From Gekko japonicus (taxonomy: Eukaryota), in assembly GCF_001447785.1 (NCBI RefSeq), contig NW_015162478.1, forward strand, positions 897,685 through 961,684: a DNA stretch of 64,000 nucleotides, read 5' to 3'. The notes below the pieces were generated by a model that was not told the origin of the DNA, ran no database searches, and worked only from the letters and a program-made list of their open reading frames with translations. Position 1 is the stretch's first letter, and every line of letters starts with the position of its first letter. Below, in pieces: positions 12,280 through 24,146 of the stretch. The translations under genes were made by a program, and so were the position numbers.

Positions 12280-14544
12280 TTTGTATGGAGGTTTGAACAC
12301 CAGTGGGGACCTACCCTAAGCAAGGAACTTCACAATGTCAGCGCAACTGTGGAGAAGGGCCTGCCCTGAACAGTCACTTAAATGGTCAGCACACATCAGG
12401 CAAGGTGTCTTAACACACTCTTAACGGGGGCAACAGAAGTGGGGGGGGGCACCTTAAAGGCTAACACAATTTATTCCAGCAGCGGTTTTCCTCCCACCAT
12501 CAGAAGGATCAGATTCCACTGCATCCCGATGTCAGCTTTGACTCTCAAATTTCACAATTCTTTTAAGGTGTCACTGGATTTGTTTTATTCTGCTTCAAAA
12601 GACTAGCACAGCGGCACCCCAAATTATTGATAGCTGGAGAGGTGCACAGTGATGTAGCACAGAGGCTAAGAGACCACGTTATGAATAATGAAATTCTGGG
12701 TTCAAATTTTAACTTTGTCATGAACTCACCATAGGATTTTAGACAAGCCTCTCTCTTGGACCCAGTTGCATGGGAATAATACTGTAAGAATAATCTTACA
12801 GGATTGTTGCATATACCTTAATGGATTGGTTCTGACAACTCTCTTGTGGTAAGTCTGAAGACCTGTGCTGCGTAGGGAGGGATTTCACTGGAAGGAAGTC
12901 ATAAATTGGGAGTTGTTAAGTGAGCATGGAGATCCTCCGTATTGAGTAAGATACTGAAATCCATTGTGGGGAGCAAGATTTTTGTTTTAACAGGAAGCCC
13001 ATTTTGAAGATGTGTATTTTCTCCTGGGATTTTGAACCTATTCCAGCCATCGACAAAATTAATCCATCTTGAAGCTAGTGAGCCAACAAACTCCAAAAGA
13101 CGTCAGCACCCACAATTCCTAATGCCAGGAAAAGACAAACAGAAAGAGCCAGAGAATTCCTTGCAAAAATGTCACAGTTTTGTTTTTGTTTCCTGGGATA
13201 AATTCCTGGAAACTTCGACCTAAAGTGTCATGCTGTTGGAGCTGGGGACTTGCCCTTGGGGTTTCTGCAATTCCGCAGAATGCAAAAAGGGGTCGCGGAT
13301 TTCACTCCTCATTTTTCCATTTGCAAGCTAAACACTTCAAACTGCAGTTTTATTGTCTGCTAAATGAAGCCAATTTTGCTGCTGAATACTTCCCACCGAG
13401 AGGACAGCTCAGCTAATATTAAAAGACACATTTACTGAACAATATAACTTTTCCTTCCCAAACGAATGTAATTACATTTCTTTATTGCACAAAGTATTAG
13501 CAGCTGATCCTGTTCAAGTTCATTTTGAAATAAATTTTACTGTGTTGGGGGGGGGGCTGAGGCAGGACTACTCCCTTTTAAGTGCGCAGGAATACATTAT
13601 TTTCATCAGTTGTCTTTTGCATGATGGGACACTGAGTGGTCTACTGCACACAAAAAGGACCCTCCTGTGCATTGAGGATTCCGTTTGCACAAGCAGAGCT
13701 CCTAGGTTACTGAAGGTAAATAGCAGCCTACTGCTCGGAGGTTCCCGCATTCACAAGGAATCGAGTCGCAGTTCCCACTGAAGCCCACTAGACTGGAAGC
13801 CTCTGAATATTATTGCTGTATTGAACAGCAATGCACAGCTGCCATTGGTGTGCCACCTGTGGCACACATCCAGTAACATAAAAGCTGTTATGTTTGTGGA
13901 AATCTTTTCTTTTTAAAGTTGCAGTATACTATTGCACGAAGAAAACCTGTTGCATCCAAAGACACATTTCTGCTTCTTCAAGACACAGAACTAGCATTAC
14001 AATGTTGGTCTGAATGTTTTAAAGCTGGATTCTTAATTTAGTAATGCAGTATTTTTGAGCAGGAAATTGTAAGCACTCATAACTGCGCAAAGGATGTGCT
14101 ATGTCCAGTGCTAGTGCTCGCTCAACAAACTTTGTTCCAACAGAACACTGTCTGATAGGAGACGAACACCGCTGACATTTTGTTGGATACGTTCCATTGT
14201 TTCTTGCCGAGGAGCCAAATGACTTTTCACCAGCTAGCGCTTGGATTGCGAGTAAATCCCATTTCCCACAACTTTGATTTTCTATTGCTGGGAAAATGTA
14301 ATAGGAACCTTCAGCGCTGTATGAAAATTGTGCCAGTGCCACAGACACCTATTGGCTAATAAACCAGTGACATGCTTCCCGCATTCCCTGCAGATCAATT
14401 TCCCAGGGATCTCCAAGGATCATTTTGATCAGGTCTTTAGCTTCTTTGACCTTAAACGAAGGACACTTTTCACAATGCTATAAAGAAATTGCAGCAGCCG
14501 CAGTAACTAGCCTCATCTTGCTAAAGCTCAGAAGCTAAGACATT

Positions 14545-14630
14545 AGGTTCAAGTCCAGTAGCAACTTAGAGACCAACAAGATTTTCAAGGTGTAAGTTTT
14601 CAAGAGCCAAAGCTCCCTTTGTCAGATGCT
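14545..14630 (-). mobile_element. Penelope-like fragment with decayed hammerhead motif
   Basis: Minus strand ctgacaaagggagctttggctcttgaaaac; homologous to 30677-30760. Confidence 0.55.
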
Positions 14631-14743
14631 AGTAGGAATGGTGTCGGTACTCAGATGGGCTGAAAGACCAGGGCTGCCATGCAGAGGAAGGCAAACAGCA
14701 AACCACCTCTCTTCATCTCTTGCCTTGAAAACCTCATGAGGTC

Positions 14744-15000
14744 ACCCTGACCTGGATAGCCCAGCAAGCCCCATCTCGGCAGATCTCGGCAGCTAAGCAA
14801 GGTCGACTCTGGCAAGTACTTGGATGGGAGACCTCCTTGAAAGAGGCGGGGGCAGGCACCTCTCTGAATATCCTCTAGGCCCCCAGTAGGGGTCAATCAC
14901 CAGAGGTGATTTTTTAAAAAAATACAGAAAACACCAAAAGAAAAACGGGACAATCACCAGAGGTCGCCATGACTCCTAGGAGCGCACACATGCACATGCA
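14744..15000 (+). mobile_element. 5S rRNA-headed SINE carrying an internal templated insertion
   Basis: gatctcggcagctaagcaaggtcg...agtacttggatgggagacc. Confidence 0.8.
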
Positions 15001-15490
15001 CATATTTTTTTAAAAAAAATACAGAAAACACCAAAAGAAAAAAGAAAATGCTCATGAGGTCGAACTTCATGAGGTTGCCATGAGTCGGCTATAACTCCAC
15101 GGCATGCCTTAAAAAAACGATCTCGATACCTCCCCACCCCAAGATCTACTTCTAAAGCCAATGCCGCAACTTCACATGAGAACTGGGTCCCTGGGATCAC
15201 GCGTTCCAGAATTACACACTTTAAAAAGCTGACCTCAATACTAAGCCACAGAAGGAACAATTAGGGAAAGGGAAGCTGCTCCTGACAATCTCCTGCTCCC
15301 CACCCCCAGTTCACATTCCAGCAGTATCTGCGACTTGCCTTGATAAGATGAAAGGAGGGGAGAAGGGGAATATTGGGCTCACTGTTCCCACTATCTGCTC
15401 TCTGATGCGTAGTTTAGCTTTGAAGGCATGACATGAGAAGGCTGCCCACTCAAGACTGGGGGAATCACTCTCAGCTTAGGAGCAGCTCAC

Positions 15491-15499
15491 CAACATCAT
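15491..15499 (-). CDS. Candidate micro first coding exon M-M-L (phase 0)
   Basis: Minus strand gggagATGATGTTG|GTGAGC in non-repetitive DNA, with TATA and CCAAT upstream. Confidence 0.4.
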
Positions 15500-15764
15500 C
15501 TCCCTCCCGTCCGCCCGGCTGTCCCCCCCAAAAAAACCCCAGAGGATAAACAAGGGTGCAGAGGAGCTCTGCAATTAACACTCCCTACTGACTTCAGCAG
15601 CAACCAAAAGACGTCAGACCTTCTCTTTTCTTTTTCCATGGGAAGGCAGGGGAGGAAAAGAAAGCAACTTTTTTTTTTCGTTCCAGCAAACTGCACGAGA
15701 AGAAATCGAAAGAGAGGGGATGGGAGAGTTTATTTTTCTTCACTGTCTGTTTCAGCAGAGCCTC

Positions 15765-15830
15765 GAGCTTATAAAGTTTAACTCCTGTCCTGACACATCT
15801 GTAAAAGTAAGCAGCCAGAAGACTCATTGG
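15765..15830 (-). promoter_or_regulatory. Candidate TATA/CCAAT promoter for the MML exon
   Basis: Minus-strand TATAA at 15773-15769 and CCAAT at 15830-15826; near-CRE TGACGTCT at ~15609-15616. Confidence 0.3.
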
Positions 15831-16670
15831 GCCGCAGGGTCTCACACACTGGTAGGTACCAAGAGAGCGATAAATAACCTGGCTGGGTCTCTAGCTCGGT
15901 GGGTAGAGTGTGGCACGCCCTGGAGCTTCGTGGGAGGTAGTGGCCAAGGGGTTCCCTCTCAGGATCACCCGTCTCCCGGGGCAAGAAGATTCTGGCTTGC
16001 GGCAATCTCAGTTTGAATGGCCTGCAGTTCCCTCCTCCGATCAGCAAGCCAAACATCACCCAGAGCCAAAGAAAGACTTGTCCAAACCACAAAGCTCCCA
16101 TTTTGAGTCCTGCGGCTCATGACAACGCTAAAGCCGCAGCTGCGGATCAAACTAGCTCTGGTGTAGCCTCGCCCAGCACGCGAAACAATCACCATGCTCA
16201 ATATGGTACAGGAACATGTTGGTTTCCAGTGGCCAATCCCAGCTTTATTTCTTTATTTCAGTATTTACATCCTACCTTCACTCATGACTCAAGGTTGCTT
16301 ACAAGTCATAGTTAGAACATCACAATTTAAAACCAATAGACTGAAATCTCAGATAAGCCCCCCCCCTCCAAAAAGATGCCTACAGGTTATACCCTTTTGA
16401 AAGCCCTGGTGAATAAAATGGTCTTTTACCGCCTCCTGAAGATTTCTAATAACAGCACACCTGTTTCACAAAATGAGACTTCCTCTCCAGTGGATGCCTG
16501 CCAGACATCCAACTTGGTTAGCTTTTAGTAGCAAAGTTAAAGACCTTCCTTTCTGATTCCAGAGGGGTTGCCCTGTTTGCCTGTTGCAGCCGAAACAACA
16601 GTCTTCTGGCACTTTGACAAATGGAAAGACTAGCACGACACATGAGTTTGCACAGCACAAATGGAAAACA

Positions 16671-17024
16671 GGTAAAAGGTAAAGGTAAAGGTTCCCTTGC
16701 CCGAAAGCCAGTCGAATCCGACTCTAGGGTTGCGGTGCCCATCTCCGTTTCAAAGCCGAAGAGCCAGCGCTGTCCGAAGACGTTTCCGTGGTCATGTGGC
16801 CGGCATGACTAAACACCAAGGCACACGGAACGCTGTTACCTTCCCACCGAAGTGGTACCTATTGATCTACTTGCAATTTCTTGCTTTCGAACTGCTAGGT
16901 TGGCAGGAGCTGGAACTAGAGACAGGAGCTCACCCTGTCTTGCGGCACCCGGGTCTTGAACCGCTGAACTACTGACCTTCCACAGCCTGCAGTTCAGCGT
17001 CTTAACCACTTGAGCCACCGCAGC
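16671..17024 (-). mobile_element. Sauria SINE (Squam1), essentially full length
   Basis: tRNA-like head, (ACCTTT)n tail, 24-bp TSD tttgcacagcacaaatggaaaaca at 16647-16670 and 17025-17048. Confidence 0.95.
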
Positions 17025-17123
17025 TTTGCACAGCACAAATGGAAAACAAGATCCAAGCAAAAGAGTACATGTTCCAGTCATCATGGCTGTGGACCACGCC
17101 TAACTGTTGAGAAACTGGAGAAG

Positions 17124-17318
17124 TGGGGTCACAGTTCAGTGGAAGAGCTACTGCTTTCCAGCAGAAAGTTGCAAGTTCAATCCCTGGCAGTGCCAGTTAA
17201 AAGGATCACGTAGCAGTTGATGAGAAAGACTTCTGCCTGAGACCCTGGAGAACCTCTGCCAGTCAGAGGAGACAATAATGACCTTGGTAGACCAATCTCA
17301 GGAGAAGGCAGCTTCCTG
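17124..17318 (+). mobile_element. tRNA-headed SINE with CR1-like tail
   Basis: ttcagtggaagagc...gttcaatccctggca...gagaccctggag. Confidence 0.7.
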
Positions 17319-18257
17319 GGATCAAGTAAAATGAATAAAGGGGCAATTGCTTTTTGGATAAAGCGAGCCACTCTCAGTCTCTATTGAGCCCAAGCCTGAT
17401 AGTATTAAATCTGCATCTGAATTCCAGCTCAGCAACTTCAGACTAGATAATTCCATTCAGATTTTTAAAGGTCTTTTTTGCTGGATTATGCCGGTTTTTT
17501 CAAGACTGTGACCAATGTCCAGGGGGATTGAAAAACCTCTGGGAAAGTTCTAATTTTTTTAATTATTTTTTTGCCATATGCTGCACTAAAAAAAAGAGCT
17601 CTCGTTTAGGTGTTTTATATTATGCTTCCTACCGCTTCTGGGCTAAGACCATTTTATTGTCATTTTTTGTTATGCCACTTCGAATTTTTACAAGAAAAAC
17701 TTTTTTTCTTTTTCTTTTTTTGGCAGCTGGGCAAGAGCTTCTGCAGAGAACTGAATCCTGGCTTCTCTATTTCTTAGAAATCAGGCGCTGGCTGTTGTAG
17801 CCAAAAGGCTTTTGTAACAAAAATTAAGCCCATTCAGCTGTCTAAACACTGCCTTGCTTAGTCTATAAAACTGATATACTCCATGCCAAATTTTTTCTCC
17901 CCCAACCCCAAGCAGCAGGTTCTCAGCTCTCACCAACCAGTACGCAGGGCCCTTTGTTTGGGAACACCATCCGCTGGATGAAATGCAACCCATTCCCAAA
18001 CAATGTTAACAGTGGATCTAACTCAATGGCAACTGGGCAGTAAATTATACCTCGTCCAACTTTAATTAAAGACAGGATGCTGCACGCACACACCCCACTT
18101 CCACCCCGGATCACAGGAGATTAGTGTTCTGCAATGCACAATGCAGCTTCTGAAAAAGCGGGGGGGGGGGCTCTCCCCATAGCAGGGAATTTAAAACTCT
18201 GTTTCTCAAGACTCTGCATTTCCCTGGGACTCTTACCCCCAGAGTTCCTCCAGGAGA

Positions 18258-18569
18258 TAAGGTTGCCAGGTCCCCCCCCCCCGCCACTGGCGGGGGATGG
18301 GGGAATAGGGTTGCCAGCTCAGTTCTGGGGAACTCTTGGAGATTTGAGGGTGGGGCATGGAGGGAAACTCCTGGAGATTTGGGGGTGGAACCGGAGTAGG
18401 ACAGAGGCCTCAGTGGGGTTCAATGCCACACAGTTCTCCTTCCAAAGCATCTGTTTTCTCCAGGGGAATTGATCTCTTAGTCTGGAGATGAGCTGCAATA
18501 CAAGGAGATCCCCAGATCCCACCTGGAGGCTGGCGTCCCAACCATGAGAAGACAGTGGCCAGTAACCCT
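18258..18569. mobile_element. TAGGGTTGCCA-family hAT MITE(s), composite
   Basis: Two ggttgccag ends plus body shared with 12063-12279. Confidence 0.65.
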
Positions 18570-19179
18570 CTTAAGACAACCCGAGAGCTGAACTCAACAT
18601 GCAGGAAAGGGGAGTGGGGCCAAGTACTCTGCCTGGGCCCCACCTTCAAACATTCACAAAAATATGAGCACAGCAATTGACCCTTGAGAACGCCATCCCT
18701 GTAAATGAGAATGACCCAAAAGCAGCATTCACAACCATGGGGGTGGGATCTATGCAAGCACGCAGGTACCAGTGTTCACATGTAGGTGGGGTCAAGGCCA
18801 GCCTGCTTGCTCCCACTCTGGAAGTCCTGCTTTCAGTGTTCATGTGTCATCTGAAGGGGGGTTACTGGTAAGCAAGAGGTGGAGGGAAGACAGCTGTTGC
18901 CTACCACAGAGCTTTCTCTGCAATCTGCAACTCAAGAGAGCAAGGCGTTTTCTACACCAACAAAAGAAAGCAAGGCGTTTTCTACAGCATGCTCTCAGTT
19001 GATGTGAGGCAACCACGAGATCAAACATGCCCGAGATTTGTGCCATGTGGACTTAATAACCATAAAACTATGGGTTTTGCATGTCATCTGAACCTGAGCC
19101 ACTGTGTTTTTTGATGCTGTCTGTGTTCACTTTTATCTACTTTCACTACTTATTAGCTGAGCCAGCTTCTGGAAGAAGA

Positions 19180-19386
19180 ACACATACAAAGCTGCCTTGT
19201 ACCAAATCTGACCACTGGACCCTCCAGGTCAGCACTGTCTACTCTGACCAGCAGTGGCTCTCCAAGATCTCAGTTGGAGGTCTTTCACATCACTACCTAT
19301 CTGATCTTTTTAACTGGAGACGCCAGGGACTGAATCTGGGACCTATGGCACGCAAAGCAGATGCCCTCCCAATGATTCATGGTCTC
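19180..19386 (-). mobile_element. tRNA-headed SINE with CR1-like tail
   Basis: Homologous to 57113-57320. Confidence 0.75.
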
Positions 19387-19572
19387 TCTTCAAGAGTCAA
19401 AAGACGCATTTTAGAAAGGGAACAGGACTGTCATTGATCCTACTATTTATAGGTATGTTTTACCTGTTTACGGTGTGTATTAACCTGTTCTTACTACATT
19501 GTTTTCTACTTTTGCAATTCCATCTTCTGCATCGTTTGACGCACTGTATCTGATACTTTTTCTTTCATTAAG

Positions 19573-19730
19573 ATAGATCCAGGTGGGAAACCGTGTTGGT
19601 CTGAAACAGTAGAACACAGTTTGAGTCCAGTGGCACCTTTAAGACCAACAAAGGTTTATTCAAGGTAAAGCTCATACCTTGAGTAAAACATGTTGGTCTT
19701 AAAGGTGCCACTGGACTCAAACTTTGTTCT
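19573..19730. mobile_element. Penelope-like element remnant with long inverted repeat
   Basis: tttgagtccagtggcacctttaagaccaaca...tgttggtcttaaaggtgccactggactcaaa palindrome. Confidence 0.65.
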
Positions 19731-19974
19731 TTCATTGTTTCTAGTTTGTAATCTGTGTCTTATTTCTTTGCTTATTGGATACCTTGTGCTATTGACTGAC
19801 AGTGTTTTACACCGTGTAACACATCATGAGTCTCAGTGAGAAGGGGGGCTATAAATAATGAACTAACTAAAAACCAAGATAGCTGCATAAGTTTCAACTT
19901 TGGCTTTTCAAAACTTCTAATTGACTACTAAGGAGGTTGTGAATTATGAGTATTTATTCTGCTGCTGTGAGATT

Positions 19975-20190
19975 AGTGTGGCGCAGGGTAGAGAGTGTCA
20001 GAGTAGGCTCTGGGAGACCCAGGTTCAAATGCCTACTCTGCCATGGAAGCTGCTGGGCGGCCAGTCACTCTCTCTTGGCCTAACCTACTTCGCAGGGTTG
20101 TGGTGAGGCTAAAACGAGGACAAGAAAGAGAACTGTGTACCCTGTTCCAGAGCTCCTTTGAAGAAGGGGGCAGCATAGAAATGTACTAAA
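19975..20190 (+). mobile_element. Old MIR/CORE-like SINE
   Basis: ctgggagacccaggttcaaat...cctacttcgcagggttgtggtgagg. Confidence 0.6.
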
Positions 20191-20935
20191 CAGACAGGTA
20201 TTCACAGCAAGATGGATAGATGGATTTAAAAATGTATATATTACCTTCAATACTGTTAGCTAGGTCGAACATCAGCAGGTTGAGAGTGCAAGGAAAATAT
20301 TTTTAAAACAAATAAAACTTCTGAGGGTGACACGGCAGCCTGACTACTGTCTGTGAGTCTGTGACTAACTGACCAAATGTGGTCAGGTCTGCCTGTAACC
20401 CAGTGACGCTCTTGAGCTATGGGGAAGGAGGGGGAAGGAGTCTGCCATTACGAGAAAGGCTCTCTAACTAGCCTAATTGCAACCAATGCTCTGCGTTGTA
20501 TGTGTTCCTTTTTCTTAAGAATACCCTCTTTCCTTAATCCTCATATGCCAGGCACTCAACTCTTTCTTAGTAAATGTTGCAATTTAAATAATTTTTTTTT
20601 TAAAAAAGGAAGCAGACAGCAAGTGTGAAGAATAGCTTACATCTATGTCATTTCCTGTAAGCTACTATTTGCTTTACCAAGAAATCTGCCTTTGTGCTAA
20701 CACACATTTCCTCCCACTTTAACCACCGAATGATCGAACCTAGGTATTCTTCAGTGGAAGAAGAGCTGTATTGTTGTTGTTGTTATTTTTAGAATTATGG
20801 ATTCTTATTTTCCAGCTGCTTGCAATCAACCTTTTACATGCAGGCTCGTCTAACACGACATTGTCACCCACACAAAGCACTGCTCCGAATAGGTGGTTTT
20901 TCAAGGAAGTGACGTTTGGCATTGCAACAAACTAT

Positions 20936-21416
20936 GACATCACCCTGCCAACAAAAGTCCGCATGGTCAAAGCAATGGTATTCCCAGTAGTCATGTATGG
21001 CTGCGAGAGTTGGACTATAAGGAAGGCCGAGCGCAGAAGAATAGATTCTTTTGAACTATGGTGCTGGAGAAGACTCTTGAGAGTCCCTTGGACTGCAAGA
21101 AGATCAAATCAGTCAATCCTAAAAGTAATCAACCCTGACTGTTCCCTGGAAGGCCAGATAATGAAACTGAAGCTCAAATACTTTGGCCACCAAATGAGAA
21201 GGGAGCACTCACTGGAGAAGACCCTGATGCTGGGAAAGATTGAAGATCAAAGAAGACGGGGACGGCAAAGGATGAGATGGTTAGACAGTGTCATAGATGC
21301 AACGAACATGAAATTGAGCCAACTTCAGAGGACGGCGGAAGACAGGAAGGCCTGGCGTGATCTGGTCCATGGGGTCACAAAGAGTCGGACTCAACTGTGC
21401 GACTGAACAACAACAA
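20936..21416 (+). mobile_element. BovB (RTE) LINE, 5'-truncated, with uninterrupted C-terminal ORF
   Basis: DITLPTKVRMVKAMVFPVVMYGCESWTIRKAERRRIDSFELWCWRRLLRVPWT...VHGVTKSRTQLCD-stop (21406), then (CAA)n tail. Confidence 0.96.
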
Positions 21417-21646
21417 AAAGAAGAATGACTGTAGCCTGGAGCATTTGATTTCTACTTCCTTCCCCCCACAATTAAGCCCTTGTAGATCAGCGGTTCTTGT
21501 GTTGTGAGGAGGGGGCCCACTTCTAAAGCTACTTCACAAAGTGGCTCTTGAAAAGTCACACCAACTCCAAGCGCCTTTCCCCTGCTTCAACATAAGATGC
21601 AAAAATCTCACGTTAGTTATCAACTACATATTGTCACAGGTAGCAT

Positions 21647-21863
21647 GCCATGATCTGGATGACTCAGGCTAGTCTGGTCTTGTCTGATCTCAGATGTTAA
21701 GCAGAGTTGGCCCTGGTTAGTACTTGGATGGGATTCCACCCAGGAAGTCCAGGGTCACGATACAGAGGCAGGCAACAGCAAAACACCTCTGAACATCTCT
21801 CGCCTTGGAAACTCTGTGGGGTCACCATAAGTCAGCCATGACTTGATGTCACTCTCCACCACC
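21647..21863 (+). mobile_element. 5S rRNA-headed SINE
   Basis: ctggttagtacttggatggga...gcaggcaacagcaaaacacctctgaac. Confidence 0.8.
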
Positions 21864-22020
21864 AACACGTAGCATCATTGAGAACTAGGATTACTTCAGG
21901 CCCATTTTGCACTTTATGCAGAAGCAAACGCAAACTTGTTTTCGAGCTTTCTCCCAGCTTACCCCCTCTTTCCTTACAACCCCACTGTGATAGAACTGCA
22001 GTACACTTTGGGGTCCAGAG

Positions 22021-22226
22021 CAGTGTTCCCTCTAAGCTGAGTTAGTGTGAGCTAGCTCACAGTTTTTTAGCCTCCGGCTCACACATTTTTGTCTCAGCTC
22101 AGGAAGGACGGCTCGAGAGCAAACTGATTGATGCGGCAGCCCAATCGCTCACTCACAACTTTAATGCAAGTAGCTCACAAAGTGGAATTTTTGCTCATAA
22201 GACACCACAGCTTAGAGGGAACATTG
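22021..22226. mobile_element. hAT MITE, CAGTGTTCCCTCTAAG family, copy 1
   Basis: TIR cagtgttccctctaagctg/cagcttagagggaacattg; TSD gtccagag on both sides. Confidence 0.95.
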
Positions 22227-22545
22227 GTCCAGAGCCAGCTTGAAAACCACACACCCGCTGACAAAAACAAAAATCCCCAAAGCTTGCTCAAGCCTGGTAT
22301 TGGTAGTCTTTAGAGAGTCCTTTACCCACTTCCACCTTTTCTCTCGATACCAGAGTCAGAGCTTACAGAAGGAAATGCCGCACCCCTGGAGGGATTGCAA
22401 AGACCCGCAAAACTAGTTTCCCAGACTTCACATTCACAGGAACAAAGGCAAACAGCATACAATACTATGATGGGACTTACTGATAAGACAGTGGAAGGAA
22501 CAAGCAGGCCCCCGTCCTGAGCCTGGCCCGACCATTGTAACCTCA

Positions 22546-22713
22546 GCCTTGACCTGGCTAGCCCAGGCTAGCCCAATCCTATCAGATCTCAGAAGCTAAG
22601 CAAGGGTCAGCCCTGGCTAGTATTTGGAAGGGCGACTTCCAAGGAATACCAGGTTTGTGACACAGAGGCAGGCAATGGCAAACCAGCTCTGGGACGTCCC
22701 TTGCCTTAAAAAC
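22546..22713 (+). mobile_element. 5S rRNA-headed SINE
   Basis: agatctcagaagctaagcaaggg...ggcaatggcaaacc. Confidence 0.78.
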
Positions 22714-23321
22714 AAGTCCAGCTCGCCACCTACTGGTGCATGGCGCTAAAAGAGCTACAACATCTGGCTGCCAGACAATCTTAGGATCTCCCGGCTATAC
22801 TACACACACTGCCATATGATAGTTAATTAATTGTATTCTCTCAGCAACTACCCCTGTGAGATTCATTAGGTGGACAGTGATCTACTGAAGTTCACCCAGC
22901 AACCTTCCATGGCAGAATTGGGATTCGAACCTGGCTCCCTCAGATCTTGCTCCTACACTCTAACCACTACACCACGCTGGCTCTCTAATCACACTGGAGA
23001 CCCAGAGAGGTAGACACCATGGCTTGCCATCTTCCGCCCTTTCCTCAAAAGGGTCATCTGCAAAGAAGAAAAATGAATTGCTGACTGGGACTCTTGAGTA
23101 AATGCCTTTCTCCCGGGGTGTGTATTCACACTTTAAAGAAAGGAGCACGCACATTCCTTACAAGCAGGACTTCAGCAACAGACTGTATATTACCACACAC
23201 AAACTTTAAGACACATGGGAAGAAGAGGTATTTTAAACATTACTTCTTCCATGTGCAGCATCACCAAAGTCATTCAGCAACACCCTGCTAAGGATGAGTG
23301 GTAATGCCTCTGTCAGCTCAC

Positions 23322-23465
23322 CAACAAAATGGTGAGGGTTTCCCAGAATTCTCCACTGCTCCGCCTGCGGATGAAGATATGATCTCCCTGGTGCACAGAG
23401 GCAGTGTTGGTGCCCCTGACACGGCAGTGTTCACGTACTTTCATGTTTTGCTCCAACTTCCCCAT
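23322..23465 (-). CDS. Candidate alternative first coding exon, 48 aa MGKLEQNMKVREHCRVRGTNTASVHQGDHIFIRRRSSGEFWETLTILL (phase 0)
   Basis: Strong Kozak AACATGG, in-frame TAG just upstream, open frame of 144 nt ending at donor TTG|GTGAGC (23321-23316); non-repetitive sequence. Confidence 0.45.
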
Positions 23466-24146
23466 GTTCTAATCCGTAGAATTACCATGACAAAGCTTAA
23501 GTCAACATTTGTTCCACTGTGAAGCCAGACTTTACTCGCTCCTGTTTACACAACAGCTTGAATGGATTCCACACCAGAGTGACAAAGAGACCTCAAGAAG
23601 AATAAAGATGGGGAGAGCGCAGGCATACGGGTGATTAAGCAATGAGTGGAGGAGGGCAAGCCGACAGGATGGATGACACAGTGGGATCAAGGTGGGAGAC
23701 CATCTCACCTATAAAAAAGTGAGTGGTTTTGGGGGGTCAAGCAGAGCGGGCTTTGCCCCATCACTACACAAGACCCACCCTGTATGTAACAACAGCTCCC
23801 TTGCTGTGCTTTACTGCTGAATACACCTTCACTTGAAGCTATGTGTGTTTCCTTGCTCTTCGTTTCCACCTTCCAGCAACCCCTCAACCGGAAGCAGGAA
23901 AGAGGGCTGGCTGGCGAGGAAGTAACCTTGTGACTGGGTCCTGCCATGCCTCTTCTTCTAGGCAAGCTTCCTGTTCTGGCTTTGTATCGTCTTCTACCCT
24001 GCTTGCCTATTTGGTCTCAGGTTTTTCCCCAAGTGACTCTCAGCCAGCCTACCTCACAGGGCTCTTGTGAGGATATGATGAAGGAAGAGCCACATAGGTT
24101 ACCCTGAGCTCCTTGGGGAAGAGGTGTAGTAAAAATGTATTAGGCA

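Noticed and set aside
14019-14348. 109-aa minus-strand ORF in unique DNA
   Set aside because: Non-ATG start, no recognisable homology or splice sites.
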